A DNA stretch of 64,000 nt from the human T2T-CHM13v2.0 reference genome, Homo sapiens, in assembly GCF_009914755.1 (NCBI RefSeq), contig NC_060936.1. One strand, given 5' to 3'. The position numbers and the translations under genes are program-made. Below are positions 20,912-34,745 of this stretch, piece by piece. Each line of letters starts with the position of its first letter. Positions within the stretch are counted from its first letter, which is position 1. The notes under the pieces were generated by a model. It was not told the DNA's origin, did not search any database, and saw nothing but the letters and a program-made list of their open reading frames with translations.

Positions 20912-21068
20912 CGCAAGGAGTATGAGAAGATCCACAGTAAAGGATCCTGAGAGCAGACTTCATGGAATTCAAAGTACGCGGCCAAGCTAAGTCCACATTT
21001 CTCTCCCCAGTGTGTGTGTGCACGAGAAACCATGGCATGTCTCAGGTCTGGGGTCTGGTGTCTGGTTG

Positions 21069-21777
21069 TGTGTCCCGAGTTGGTTCCTTCTGGTGGGTTC
21101 GTGGTCTCGCTGACTTCAAGAATGGAGCCTCGGACCTTTGCGGTGAGTGTTACAGCTCTTAAAAATGGCACAGACCCAAAGAGTGAGCAGCATCAAGATT
21201 TATTGTGAAGAGGGAAAGAGCAAAGCTTCCACAGTGTGGAAGGGGAACCTGAGCGGGTTACTGCTGCTGGCTGGGGGTGGCTAGCTTTTATTTCCTTATT
21301 TGTCCCTGCCCATGTCCTGCTGATTGGTCCATTTTACAAACCCGTAGCTAGCTACAGAGCGCTGATTGGTGCATTTTTTGTTTGTTTGTTTGTTTGTTTG
21401 TTTGTTTTGAGACAGAGTCTTAGTCACTCAGGCTGGAGTGCAGTGGCACAATCTCAGCTCACTGCAACCTCTGCCTTCTGGGTTAAAGTGATTCTACTGC
21501 CTCAGCCTCCGGAGTAGCTGGGACCACAGGTGCCTGCCAGCACACCTGGCTACTTTTTTGTATTTTTAGTAGAGACGGGGTTTCACCGTGTTAGCCAGGA
21601 TGGTCTCGATCTCCTGACCTCGTGATCCGCCTGCCTCAGCCTCCCAAAGTGCTGGGATTACAGGTGTGAGCCACCGTGCCTGGTCTGATTGGTGCGTTTT
21701 ACAAGCCTCTAGCTAGCTCCAGAAAAGTTCTCCAAGTCCCCACTGGACCCAGGAAGCCCAGCTGGCTTCACCTGTCA
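21069..21777 (-). mobile_element. LTR12 (ERV9, LTR12F-like) solo LTR with internal Alu (about 21375-21684, minus)
   Basis: Runs from tgtgtcccgagttggttccttctggtgggttcgtggtctcgctgacttcaag to cccagctggcttcacctgtca. 4-bp TSD GTTG on both sides. Repeated ctgattgg. Confidence 0.88.
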
Positions 21778-21829
21778 GTTGGAGGGAAGGAGAGAGGGAC
21801 CTAAGAATTCAGTGTGCTGCCACAGCAGG

Positions 21830-22152
21830 CAACCTTGATGACATGGTGCTAAATGCAATGAGCCAGACACGAAAGGACAGATGTCGCATCATTCCATCCA
21901 TGTGAAGCACCTGGAATACGCACATTCATAGAGACAGGTAGCGGAATGGTGGTTTTCGGGGGTTGGGGGTGAGGGGCAATGGCGAGTTAGTATTTAATGG
22001 GGCAGAATTTCAGTTGGGGAAAATGAAAAAGTTCTGGAGAGGGATGGTGGTGACGGTTACACCACATTGTGAATATAGGCAACACCACGACACCGCAGAG
22101 TTAAACAAGATTAAAAGTGCAAATTTTATGCTATGCATATTTCATCACAATT
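21830..22152 (+). mobile_element. L1MB-type 3' end
   Basis: gagccagacac...catagagacag...aaaagttctggaga...aattttatgctatg. Confidence 0.75.
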
Positions 22153-23639
22153 ATACACAGAAAGATTTCAGTTCGAGGTCCTGCCCTGTCCTTAAAAGAG
22201 CTCTCTAGAGAGCAGCAGCCAGCTCGCCCCCGGGTTGCCCTGGACATGAGAAACACAGAAATACACATGAAGCTCAGGCTTCTCCTGTTGCTCAGCATCC
22301 AGGGTGCAGGGGCCAGGCATTCAGCGCCAGCCAGGAGCGGGAGAGGTTTATGTGGCTCGGTGGAGGTCACACTGCAGACAGAGGCTCAGGGAACCCAAGT
22401 CTCCCAGCCTCCATGTGGGGCTCATTCCTCTGCCTTAAAGGGAGAGGAACACACAGCCCTCCTGCTGCTCCTCCTCCCGCTCCAACCCGTGTAATGAGCT
22501 AATCTCCGAAAAGAGCTTAGAGCTCTTCTCAGAAAGATGCTCTATAAATACAGCATCCTCTTGCTAACCAGGACTCCAGGGGTGAGGAACAGATCACTGG
22601 AGGGATCCAGATGGGGGGAAGGGGTCCCTGGGGGACTTAAATTTAACCCCAGAAACTGGGCTCAGGTCACTGGCTGCGACAGCCCTGTGCGCTGTCCCCA
22701 GGAGAAACCATCCGGAGAATACTGTTTATTCTTTGTAATTTAGGGGCTTTCCCTGCCCCCAGTCACTGCCTAGGAGGATCATGGATTAATATGGGCTTTT
22801 GGATAGAATATGAATTTTTATCAGCAGCTGTTAGGACATCTTCCCTGATCTTTGCTTTAGGGGCCCAGGCTCTGCTAAATTCAGACCAGACAGAGTTAGT
22901 TGCTTCTCAGACAGACCTTACAAGGAAGCAGCAAGGCCAGAGAGGCGTGGGGTAAACAATTTCAATGAGAGTTCTCAATCTGCCGTGGGCACACGTCACC
23001 AGGGGCTTCTGAGAGCTTTTGCTCGACCTTCTCCAGTTAAACAAACTACTGCAGTCCTTCTCTCCCCGTCACCCCAAACTGCACTTTTAATAACAAATAT
23101 TTTATAACACTATCTTTACTATTTAAAGTGAAACTGATGGTCAATATAATAGTACCTACACATATCACTTAAAAAATTAATATAATGCCTTAACTGTAGA
23201 GAAAAAAGGGAGCAGGTAACTTAAAAGATTGTATTTCAAGATCTAAATGCTCAGGCACAGCCACATTAAGACAATGGAGGATTCAGATGCTCATAGTTAG
23301 TTGTAATGAATACATTTGGATTTAAGAATGGCAAGAAAGTGTTCCACTAAAAATTATGTGCCGTTTTTGACATTTGAGATAGGATTAGGTATGTCTGTGT
23401 AAATGCATATAGTGAGAGAATCACTGCGATTGTGAGAGCTACAAATGTACTGATAACTGACGGGTTATCATGCTAGGGTTTTTCAAAGTGGTGCACTGTG
23501 CTTGAAAGGTTTCACACAAAATACAGACTTCCCTAGATTTATACCCTCGTTGGGAAACTTTGCGTTTTAAAGCGACAGAGAAAAACATTCTCTGCTTTAT
23601 GTAAAGCAGTTTGATTCTAGGCTCAGATTTATAAACAGG

Positions 23640-23830
23640 TGTTCTACCTACATGACATTCTGAAAGCTGAGCAATTGCAGGACAATTCTTCATGATGGAG
23701 ACTGTCCTCTGTGTTGCAGATGCCTCTCATCTGTGGCTTCTGTTCACTGATGCTAGCAGCATCCCCAGTCACTGTGATAACCAAACACCCTCCCGAACTG
23801 CCGAAGTGCTCCATCGAGATCCACCGATGC
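23640..23830. mobile_element. MER20-like hAT fragment
   Basis: ctgtcctctgtgttgcagatg...gatgctagcagcatccccagtc-tgtgataaccaaa. Confidence 0.5.
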
Positions 23831-24104
23831 AACAGGGCTGAAAGTGCCTAGTCCTTACAGAGATGTTCCTTTCATTTCATTTCCTTTCTTTTCCTTTCCT
23901 TTCCTTTCCCTTTTCTTCCCTTTTCCTTTTTTCCTTTCATCTTTCCATATGATTCTAAGAAGTGGGATCCAGGAAAGGCAGAAAATAACTCTGTCTTCCT
24001 GTGTGGAGTGGCTCAGGAAAAACCAGATGAGTCGACTATGAGGGAACACTAGGGCAAAGGCCCTAAAGATCTTACTAGGAATCCATTTTCTAAAATCATT
24101 ATAT

Positions 24105-24565
24105 TAAAAAGATACAGGCACTCATATGTTTATCGTAACAGTATTCACAATAGCACAAAGATATGAAATCAACCTAAATGTACATCAGTGGATGACTGGA
24201 TAAAGAAAATGTGGTACATGTGCACGATGGAATACTATACAGCCATAAAAAGAATGAAATCATGTCCTTTGCAGCAACATGGATGGAACTAGAGGCCGTT
24301 GCTTAAGTGAAACAACTCAGAAAGTCAAATACCACATGTTCTCACTTTTAAGTGAGAGTTAAATAATGTGTACACATGGACATAGAGTGTGGACTGATAG
24401 AAATTGGAGACTTGGAAGGGGGACAGTGAGAGGTGGTTGGGCGATGAGAAATTACTTAATGAGTACAATGTACATTATTTGCATTATGGATACATTAAAA
24501 GCCCAGACTTTGCTACTAAGCAATATATCCATTTAACAAAATCGTGCTTGTACCCCTTAAATTTA
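24105..24565 (+). mobile_element. L1PB/L1MA-type 3' end
   Basis: tggataaagaaaatgtggtacat...gcagcaacatggatggaact...cttgtaccccttaaa. Confidence 0.85.
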
Positions 24566-24610
24566 ATCTCCTAAGAATCCATGAACAGTAGGGATTCTCA
24601 TAAGAATCCA

Positions 24611-24891
24611 TTTTCTTTCTTTTTCTTTGAGACAAGGTCTCACTCTGTCACCCAGGCTAGAGTGCAGTGGTGCAATCACAGCTCACTGCAGCCTTGAACT
24701 CCCGGGCTCAGCCTCCCAAGTAGCTGGGCTACAGGCATGTGCCGCCACACCCGGCTAATTTTTCCACTTTTTGCAGAGACGAGGGTTCACCATATTGCCC
24801 AGCCTGGTCTCGAACTTTCGGGCTCAAGCAATCAGCCTGCCTTAGCCTTCCAAAGTGTTGCGATTACAGGTGTGAGCCATGGCGCCAAGCC
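24611..24891 (-). mobile_element. AluJ-type
   Basis: Antisense Alu. TSD aagaatccattttc. Confidence 0.9.
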
Positions 24892-24919
24892 AAGAATCCA
24901 TTTTCATTCAGACTTCTGT

Positions 24920-26040
24920 AAGTGATTTACACTTCACACAACTCTTTCCAGCGTATCATCTCATTTGAATCTACACACTGATTCTGCTTGGTAGGCAGGG
25001 CTGGAATATAAGCTGCACTTAAGAGATGAAGACATAGAGGCAGAACGAGCTTAAGTGATTTATTTATCCAAGGTTATTCTCTATCTCATCCCTGTGTATA
25101 TTTCCTTGCCAGCCCTCCCATGACATGCAGTAATGCTGTACTGTTGCCTGGGAAACTCATGGATGTGTCTACTCTCTGTTAGGATGAAAGCTCCCAGCAG
25201 ACAACAGTCCGCTTTCTCTCTAGTTCACTGTTGTTCACAGGCACCAGCATAGTTGTTTAAAGCTAGTAGGTTTAAAATAAATATTTATTTCATAAATGAA
25301 TTAGCAGCCTCCTTGCTTCCAATCCTTTATCCTCTTCATAGAATTCTCCTCTTCAAATAGTCGAATCACCTCATGCCACGTCATTGCAAAAATCTACTGT
25401 GGTTCACTGCTGTGTAGAAGATAATTTTAAGCTGCTTAGCTTGGCATTCAGGCTCTGTCTTCAACTTCCATTCCGCTCTGCACCCATAAATGCCATCCAT
25501 ACTCCAAAACAGCCTGCATCACTTGCCATTAGCAGCTAACATTGATTGAACACTTACTGTAGGCCAAGCACTGCCAAGCACTTTGCGTGTATTATTCTAT
25601 TTAATCTTCACAAGGACTCTGTGAAATAGGCACTATTGTCTCCATTTTAATGAAAAGGGAAACTGAAGCTTAAATAACTTACCTAAGATCATGCAGCTCT
25701 TGAGTGGCACACCTGGGACTTGAACCCCCACCTTTCTGCCCCCAAGTGCGTGCACTAAGTCCCACGTTAGGTTGAACTTACTTTGCCTTTACACCTTGGC
25801 TGGGGCCCGTGCTTGGGTTCTTTGCTCGGGCTGGGATAACCCTTTTCTTCTCCATGTGCCTGCCTCCTTGCTGTCCCTGCCTCAGTGGCCTTTCATCCAT
25901 GAGCCTTCCCATCCTACCTACTCTGGTGAGCCACTTTTTCCTCTGCAATACAATGCATTCTGATATAAAGCAGTATTAGCTGGGCAGGAGACTGTCCTCC
26001 ACAAGGGTCTGTGAGCTCTTTTTAGGCAAATACTATAATT
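24920..26040. mobile_element. Interspersed MIR and L2 fragments
   Basis: MIR cores (ggaaactgaagcttaaataacttacctaagatca) and an L2 3' end (aaatatttatttcataaatgaat). Confidence 0.55.
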
Positions 26041-26044
26041 CATT

Positions 26045-26370
26045 CTTTATTTTTTAAAATTACTTTATTTTTAAATTGAATAATTGTACATATTCAAGAA
26101 TAATTGTACATGTTCATGGAGATACATGGTGATGTTTCAATACATATAATAGTGAATAAATGAGAGTAATTAGCATATTCATCATCTAAATTTCTATCAT
26201 CTGTTTGTGTTAGGAACATTTAACATCCTGCTACCTATTTGAAACTACATAATACGTTGCTGTTAACTATAGTCATCCTACAGTGATGTAGGATACTAGA
26301 ACTGATTCCTCCTACCTGATGGGATTTTGTATCCTTTAACAAACCTCTCCCTATCCCTCTCCTCTAAAAT
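26045..26370 (-). mobile_element. L1MA-type 3' end, antisense
   Basis: taattgtacatattc...gttaactatagtcatcctacagtg...tttgtatcctttaacaaacctctcc. Confidence 0.75.
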
Positions 26371-27226
26371 CAGCATCCCAGTCCCAACTTACAACTGGTG
26401 TTCAGTGACTCTTTCTTAGACAACTCAGGATGAAGTTTAGTGATGACATTATTATTAAGGAAATAGCCACAAGGGGGCAGTACTAACGGGTCTGAGAATG
26501 GATTACCCTCCCTGTTCCACCTGGGAGAGGGATGTTCTGCTCCAAAGACCCTTCCAACTCACACGATGGCCCTGAGGGGCAGATGAACCAAGGTCTAATA
26601 TAATGAAGTGTGCACAACCAAAAGGTAAACAGCAATGGGAAGCGTGGGAGGAAAATTGGAAGAAAGTTAGAAAAAAACACAGTTTTTTGGAAGCTCTTGA
26701 AAACTTTTGGAGTTTTAAAAATGTTCGGATAATATAGGGAATATAGTTTTTTTTTCTTGCAGAGTGTTATTTGGTTTTCTTCATACAACATTTACAACTT
26801 TAGTTCCCTAAACATAATTTTGTTAGCAAACTAAGAAACACATAACACATTCCGTGTTATTGAAGAAAACTCACATTTACGTCCATAAAGAGGGCTAAAA
26901 ATAATTAATGCTATTTTCTACTGTGCTTCCTCAAATTTTCTATTTTTCTTTCTCCACCTTCCTCCTAATTGTTGTTTATGGAGATTACAAGTTATATTTT
27001 CACTCATTGTTATTGCTGTTTTGCCTGTTTTTTTTTCCTAGTTAAAAAGGAGTGGAAAATCATAAAAATTTTGAGATATGTTATTTTCTAGCCCTAATGG
27101 AACCTGCAGCTAATTCTGGCAAAAGATGGAGCAGGGCTGGGTGGAGAAGGATGGAGAAGGGCCACAGAATATTGACGGGCCTTACGGGCCTATGCTTAAA
27201 AATTCATGGGATTCATGGGATTCAAG

Positions 27227-27540
<314 letters not shown>

Positions 27541-27894
27541 TCATCCATATCGAGGGTTGGAAAATAAAAGGATTCTGAGAAGTCTTTCTGAGGGAAAGAC
27601 TTTTCAGGGGACCTTTTAGGAAGGCCTGGAATAGCTTCACGAGTGAAGAGAGACTTCAGTAAGACCCCATGGAAGGCTTGACATGTGTCTCTGAAGCTGA
27701 GGGGCACCGTGGACCACTGTGTGATGCCTACCTGGAAAATTCCAAGGCAGGAGAGAGTGTGTTTCCGGCTGCTGCAGTGCTAAGAGTGAAGGGCAGGCTG
27801 CCTCTGCCCTGGGCTTGGGCTTCATTCCCAGAGTTTGCAGGGGCTCGGATTTTCTGCATGTTTCCCAGAGACCAGGCGTGAGCCACACATGAGA

Positions 27895-28098
27895 GCATCC
27901 CTAGCTGCCACCCACCGCCTACTGACCAGCATCCCCAGCCACCACCCCCAACCTAACCCTCAGCCTCCCCAGCCGCCACCCACCACCCAACCCTCAGCCT
28001 CCACAGCCGCCGCCCACCACCCACTGCACAGCGTCCCCGGCCACCACCCACCATTCACTGCATAGCATCCCTAGCTGCTGTCCACTACCCACACCCCA
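27895..28098 (+). repeat. Minisatellite, 6 x 34 bp, C-rich, merging into a MER20 end (to about 28185)
   Basis: Units start at 27895, 27929, 27963, 27997, 28031 and 28065. Consensus is approximately GCATCCCCAGCCGCCACCCACCACCCACTGCACA. Confidence 0.85.
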
Positions 28099-28364
28099 TC
28101 CCCAGTTGTGACAACCAAAAGGGTCTTCAGGCGTTGCCAAATGTCCTGTAGATGTCAAAATTACCCCCAGTTGAGAATAGCTGCATTTAAGGCAACTGCA
28201 TATCACACCCAAAAGAATAGGCCCCCCAGCTAGGGCTACTTTTGATGATAGCGACCACTTGGGTGCCTGGTAAATGCACCAGCTGCTGACTTCTGTCTTG
28301 GCACAGAAAGTTAGAATGACACCCTGTGTGAGGGCAGCCTTCCCCAGATGGCAGCAAGGCACCG

Positions 28365-28740
28365 GTTTGGACTGAATGTGTGCTCCCCAAGTTCATATGT
28401 GAAAGCTCTGACCCCTACTGTGGCTGGATTGAGAGATAGGGTCTGTAAGGAAGTACATGAGGTTGTAAGGGTGGGGCCGTAATCTAATAGGACTATGGCC
28501 TTATAGGAAGAGAAAGACACCTGGGTGTGCCGGGTCTGTGCTTATGCCCAGAGGAAAGGCTGATTAAGGATGTGGTGAGAAGGTGGCCTTCTATAAGCCA
28601 GGAAGAGAGGCCTCACGGGACATCCATCCTGCCAGACCTCGATCTTGGACTTCCAGCCTCCAGAACTGTGAGGAAATGGGTGTCTGTTGTTGAAGACACT
28701 GTGTGTGGCACACTGCTCGGGGGCCCCAGCTCTGAGATGG
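28365..28740 (+). mobile_element. MLT1A/B-type LTR
   Basis: tggactgaatgtgtgctcccc...aagccaggaagagaggcctca...ttggacttccagcctccagaactgtgag. Confidence 0.8.
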
Positions 28741-29686
28741 CACTGGATGGGCATCTGTGCCACCAGAGGCAGGCCCCAGGGGTCCCTGGCACCACGAGTA
28801 GCCGTGCCTCAAGGTGATGTGTGCCCGCTCTATTAGACGCCATGTGTCCCACCAAAACCAGATGGGAGGGCTCTTGTGTTCTTTGTAAGAAAAATGAATG
28901 GCTAATATTGACATTTACAACCAACCCTTCAATTGGCCAGCCTAGCGACCCTCCAACCTCCTCTGCGACCTAAGCCTCCCCAATGCTGCAGTCACCAACC
29001 TCTCTTCTCTCTTCACGGAAACCTCTGTAGGAATGCTCAAGGAATGGAATATGCTGGTTGGTTGATTTTGAAAAAACAAACAGCATTAAACTTGTTGGGG
29101 GGTGTGTCCAAAATTTTGTGTTGAAAAATCTTTTTGAAGTTATGCATTCATTTTTAAATAAACATGCTTGTTAAGTGAGTATTTTGTGGGTTTAGCGTTT
29201 TCATCCTGAGCATCATTTGTCTATAGGACGATTGGACTGTAGATGAATACAGTATAGAAGTCTTAATGGATCATGGACACATTCCAGAATGTCCCTGGGA
29301 TATTGTTTTCACGGTATCTGTTATTAGCTTGTTTTCTTGGCATTTTGGCTTTTTTTCCTCCTAGAACTGGAGGAAAGGAGGAAAAGCAGCTGTCCTGGCC
29401 AAGTATCTGTGTGTGAAATGAGGTCGTGGTGTCCGTCTGCTTGTGTTTAGCACCATGGTGTTTAGTCTCAGGGCCCTGACAATAGACGGATAGCAGCAGG
29501 GCAGCAGAAGGCTTCTTGTTAGTCCCTTTAGGGGACGTGAATGGTCAGGCAAAGAATATGAAAGCTCTTGGGGTCTCCCTCAGAAAACGGAGGGGGCTGG
29601 TTCTTGTGTGCTTTAGAAGAATCGGATTCAGCCCGAGAGGCACTACCTGGAGTCAGGGCTGTGCTGTGAGCCACACATGCGGACTT

Positions 29687-29990
29687 CTTTTTCTTTTTTC
29701 TTTTTTTTTTTTTTTTTTGAGATGGAGTCTCGCTCTGTCACCCAGGCTGGAGTGCAGTGGCGTAACCTCGGCTCACTGAAACCCGGGTTCAAGCCATTCT
29801 TCAGCCTCAGCCTCCCGAGTAGCCAGGATTACAGGGTGAGCCAACACGCCCGGCTAATTTTTGTATTTTTAGTAGAGACAGGATTTCACCATACTGGCAA
29901 GGCTGGTCTCGAACTCCTGACCTCAGGCGATCCACCCACCTTGGTCTGCCAAAGTGCTGAGTTTACAGGCATGAGCCACCGCGCTCGGCC
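29687..29990 (-). mobile_element. Alu (S-type, internal deletion)
   Basis: Antisense Alu. TSD-like cacaca(t/c)g(c/t)ggacttcttt. Confidence 0.9.
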
Positions 29991-30180
29991 CACACACGTG
30001 GACTTCTTTCCGTCCAGGCATCGCTGCTCTCTCCAGCGCCGTCTCCTCTAGCCTGGAACACTCCTGTGTGGGAGCCTCCAGATTGTTCTCCCTGCACACA
30101 GGCTCACCTCACCACATCATTTTACGGGAGACAGTTCTGATGATTATTCTAGAACCCCTACCTGGTCTTGTTAACGTTTT

Positions 30181-31210
30181 TGTTTTTTTTTTTTTTGAGA
30201 CAGGGTCTCGCTCTGTCACCCAGGCTGGAGTGCAATGGGCGCGATCTCAGCTCAGTGCAACCTCTGCCCCCGGGTTCAAGCGATTCTTATGCCTCAGCCT
30301 CCTGAGTAGCTGGGACTACAGGAAAGGGGTCCCAATAAAAACCCCAAGACAGAGTCCTTGGATCTGATCCAAGAAAGAATTCAGGGTGAATCCACAAAGC
30401 AAAAGCAAGTTTATTAAGAAAGTAAAGTGGTGAAAGGACGGCTGCTCCATAGACAGAGTAGGGTGTTTCCAAAAGTACGAGGAGGAACGTGTCCACCCGA
30501 AGTACAATACTCAGTTATACATAGGATAAAAACAGATCACGGGGAGATGTGTTCTGCTACAAGGGTTTCTGATGAAGGGTTAGTTTTCTTAATTACTATA
30601 TGTTGCAAGAATCAATATTATTATCTTTAAAGCAAAATTAGGAATGTTTTTGTTCTCAAGATATCAGGATATCAGGACACTCTGATTCATCTAGTCTACT
30701 GTAGATGAATATATCTACTGTATTCATCTACAGTCCAATCATCCTATAGACATCCTATAGACCAAAGTCTGTATGTGTTTATTAAATATCAATCTGTTCC
30801 CTTAACCATAAACATCTGGAGGCTAGGAATACCTAACTTCCTAGGAATGCGGCCCAGCAGTCGCAGCCTCATTTTCCTAGCCCTCACTCAAGAGGGAATC
30901 ACTGTGGTTCAAACACCTCTGACACAGGCTCATGCCACCACACCCAGCTAATTTTTTGCATTTTTAGTAGAGATGGGGTTTCACCATGTTGGCCTTGAAC
31001 TCCTGACCTCAAGTGATCCGCCACCTCAGCCTCCAAAGTGCTGCAATTACAGGTGCTTGCCACCCTGCCGGGCTAATTTTTGTCTTTTTAGTAGAGACAG
31101 AGTTTTTCCATGTGGCCCAGGCTGGTCTTGAACTCCCGAACTCAAGTGAGCCTTCTGCTTCGGCCTCCCAAAGTGCTGGGATTACAGGCATCAGCCACCA
31201 TGCCCGGCCT
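30181..31210 (-). mobile_element. Alu split by a MER41-family LTR, followed by an extra Alu left arm
   Basis: Alu right arm at 30181-30322 resumes at 30925 (caggctcatgccacc). A second left monomer lies at about 31050-31210. Confidence 0.85.
30321..30924 (-). mobile_element. MER41-family (ERV1) solo LTR
   Basis: Runs from ggaaaggggtccc...aagaaagaattcagggtga...aagcaagtttattaagaaagtaaag to ggttcaaacacctctgaca (reverse complement TGTCAGAGG). Confidence 0.85.
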
Positions 31211-31404
31211 GGTCTTGTTACTTCTTAAACCTCACTAAGGGCCTCTCAGTGTTTTCAGATTAAAATTCAAGCTCCTCTAAAGAGACTGCATATTGTGTGA
31301 CTACAGGAAATATCCAGAAAAGGGAAAACGACGGAAACAGAAAGTAGATCTGTGGTAGCCGGGTGAAAGCAGGGAGGAGGGGATTCAATGTGCCTGAAGA
31401 ACAT

Positions 31405-31634
<230 letters not shown>

Positions 31635-32073
31635 TTAAAGGAGTAATGAGATGCTCTAAAACTGATTTATGGTGATGGTAACTTTACCTAAAACTCATTG
31701 AGTTATACACTAAGGGTGAATTGGATGATACGCAAAATTTTAAAAATTCAAGCGTGTTAACATAGCTTCCCAGTGCTCCGGGATACAGTTCCTGTCCACC
31801 TGTCTTGAGCTCCATCCTGCCCATGCTCCTCTCATTCTGGATACAATACTGATGCTGCTTAAATCCTTGCAGGGACCATGTTTTTCCCCAGCTCTACCGG
31901 CAAACACCTGCTGCGTCCTTCCTTCCTCACAACACTCTTCCCCTGCCTGCCAGCCCCCACCCCTGCCCTAAATCTGGCTGAGACCCTTCAGAGCTCAGCC
32001 TTCCCAAGGATGGATTCTCTCATCCACCAACAGGAGGTCCTAACCCTGTTCTATGCTCCCGTAATACGCTTGA

Positions 32074-32764
<691 letters not shown>

Positions 32765-34420
32765 TAATTGTTTATTTAATGTCTGTCTTCCTTGCCAGTT
32801 TATAAACCCATATATAGTTTTCACAGTGATAGTCCCAGGGCCCTGAGTGGTTTCTGCTGCATAATAGGGTGTTAGAAATATTAATTGCATAAATAATACA
32901 GGAATGAGGTGCAGAGTCCAAAGGACCAGGCAGCTCTTCTTCCAAGAGAACATAGATTTATTTGGAACCCAGAGTTGCTCGACTGAAGGCACATTGGGAT
33001 CACCCCCAGAGATGGCATGAAAGGGGCGAGAGAGTGGGGGTGGCCACAGGAGGAACGTGGCACGGAGATGACAGGGCTGATGACGGGAAGCTCAGGAAGG
33101 GGCAGTGTGAAGGGAGGGAGGAAACTCGGGAGGCTGTGGGGTCCTCCTGACGTAAACTCTCCAGTCATCTTCTTTCTTTTTATTTAACCTATAAAAAGAT
33201 GGCATAATTTATAGTCTCTCCCAGCTCAAATGTCCTGCCATCCCAGTCATCCTACTAGATGGGTTCTTCAACGTCAGACCCACCTGGGATGTGTATTAAA
33301 CGTGTAGACTCCTGGGCATCGTCAGAAAATCTGGGAGCGGGACTTGGAGATCTATGTCTTAACGTGCTCTTGGGTGATTTTTTGTAATGCAAGTTAATGA
33401 GAGCATGGGGACTGCATCTACCTTGTTCACATGTGTATCCCAGAAACCTAGCCTAGTCCGGGGCAGGGTTGAGGAACTCAGTATATCTTGATGGGTGAAT
33501 AAATGAATGAATGAACTCTATAGTCACAGAATGTGTATATTTGGTTTTGACCAAGGCAGAAAAGGAAGAGGGATGCTGCCTCGCTATAGTCTTCCATCGC
33601 TGTCTTCACCCTCCTGGGCCAATTTCCCCATTGGCAAGCTACAGGGTAGTTGGACTGAGTACGCCACAGGACTTCTTCCTGCCTTAATAATCAAGAGCAC
33701 CATGAATCGGTGCTTTCGGGTTCTCTTTGCCTGCCTTCCTGCAAGGGGGGAAAGAATCAAGAGGAAAATCAACGGCAACCCAGAGATTTGTTGTCAGTTT
33801 TAATAGGAGGAGTGGAGTCAAAGAGTTTAGAGAAATGTAGAAAAAGACCTTTTACTTTTTGCTGGAACATGATATGGTTTGTGCATGGCACATACATATT
33901 TAAAAAAAAGACGTATCACATTTCACAACCACATGACCGAACAGCATCTGGGTTGTGCTATGCGCTGTGCCTAGGCTGGAGGGCAGCTCTACCCTGGGAC
34001 CAGCCTGAGGTACTCAGCGATTTACAGAAAGAGGAAACCACGCAGGACACAGCTCTCTGGTGCCGGAATTTCAGTCGTTCAATGAGGTATACAAACATGG
34101 TTCTGCGTTGGCTATCTGCATGATGGACCAGATTCAGGACCTGCTTGGGGCATAATCGCATCCTCCACCTGTTCTGGGAAGAGGAAGCATCAACTCAGAT
34201 GTGAGCAGAGACTGGAGTATTTCTCTCTATTCTTCTGGCCTTGTCCCAAACATTCCTCTCTTTGGAGTTTTGCAGGGAGGTAGCAGAATGAGTGGCTGGT
34301 TCCTTCAGGGGACGAGCAAGTATTAGAGACCCACTTTGTAGACACAGGCATGGTAAGTGGCAGAGAATGCTTCCTCAGTGACAGCTGACCCAGAGTCTTT
34401 GAGGAAAAACATTGGGATAG

Positions 34421-34745
<325 letters not shown>

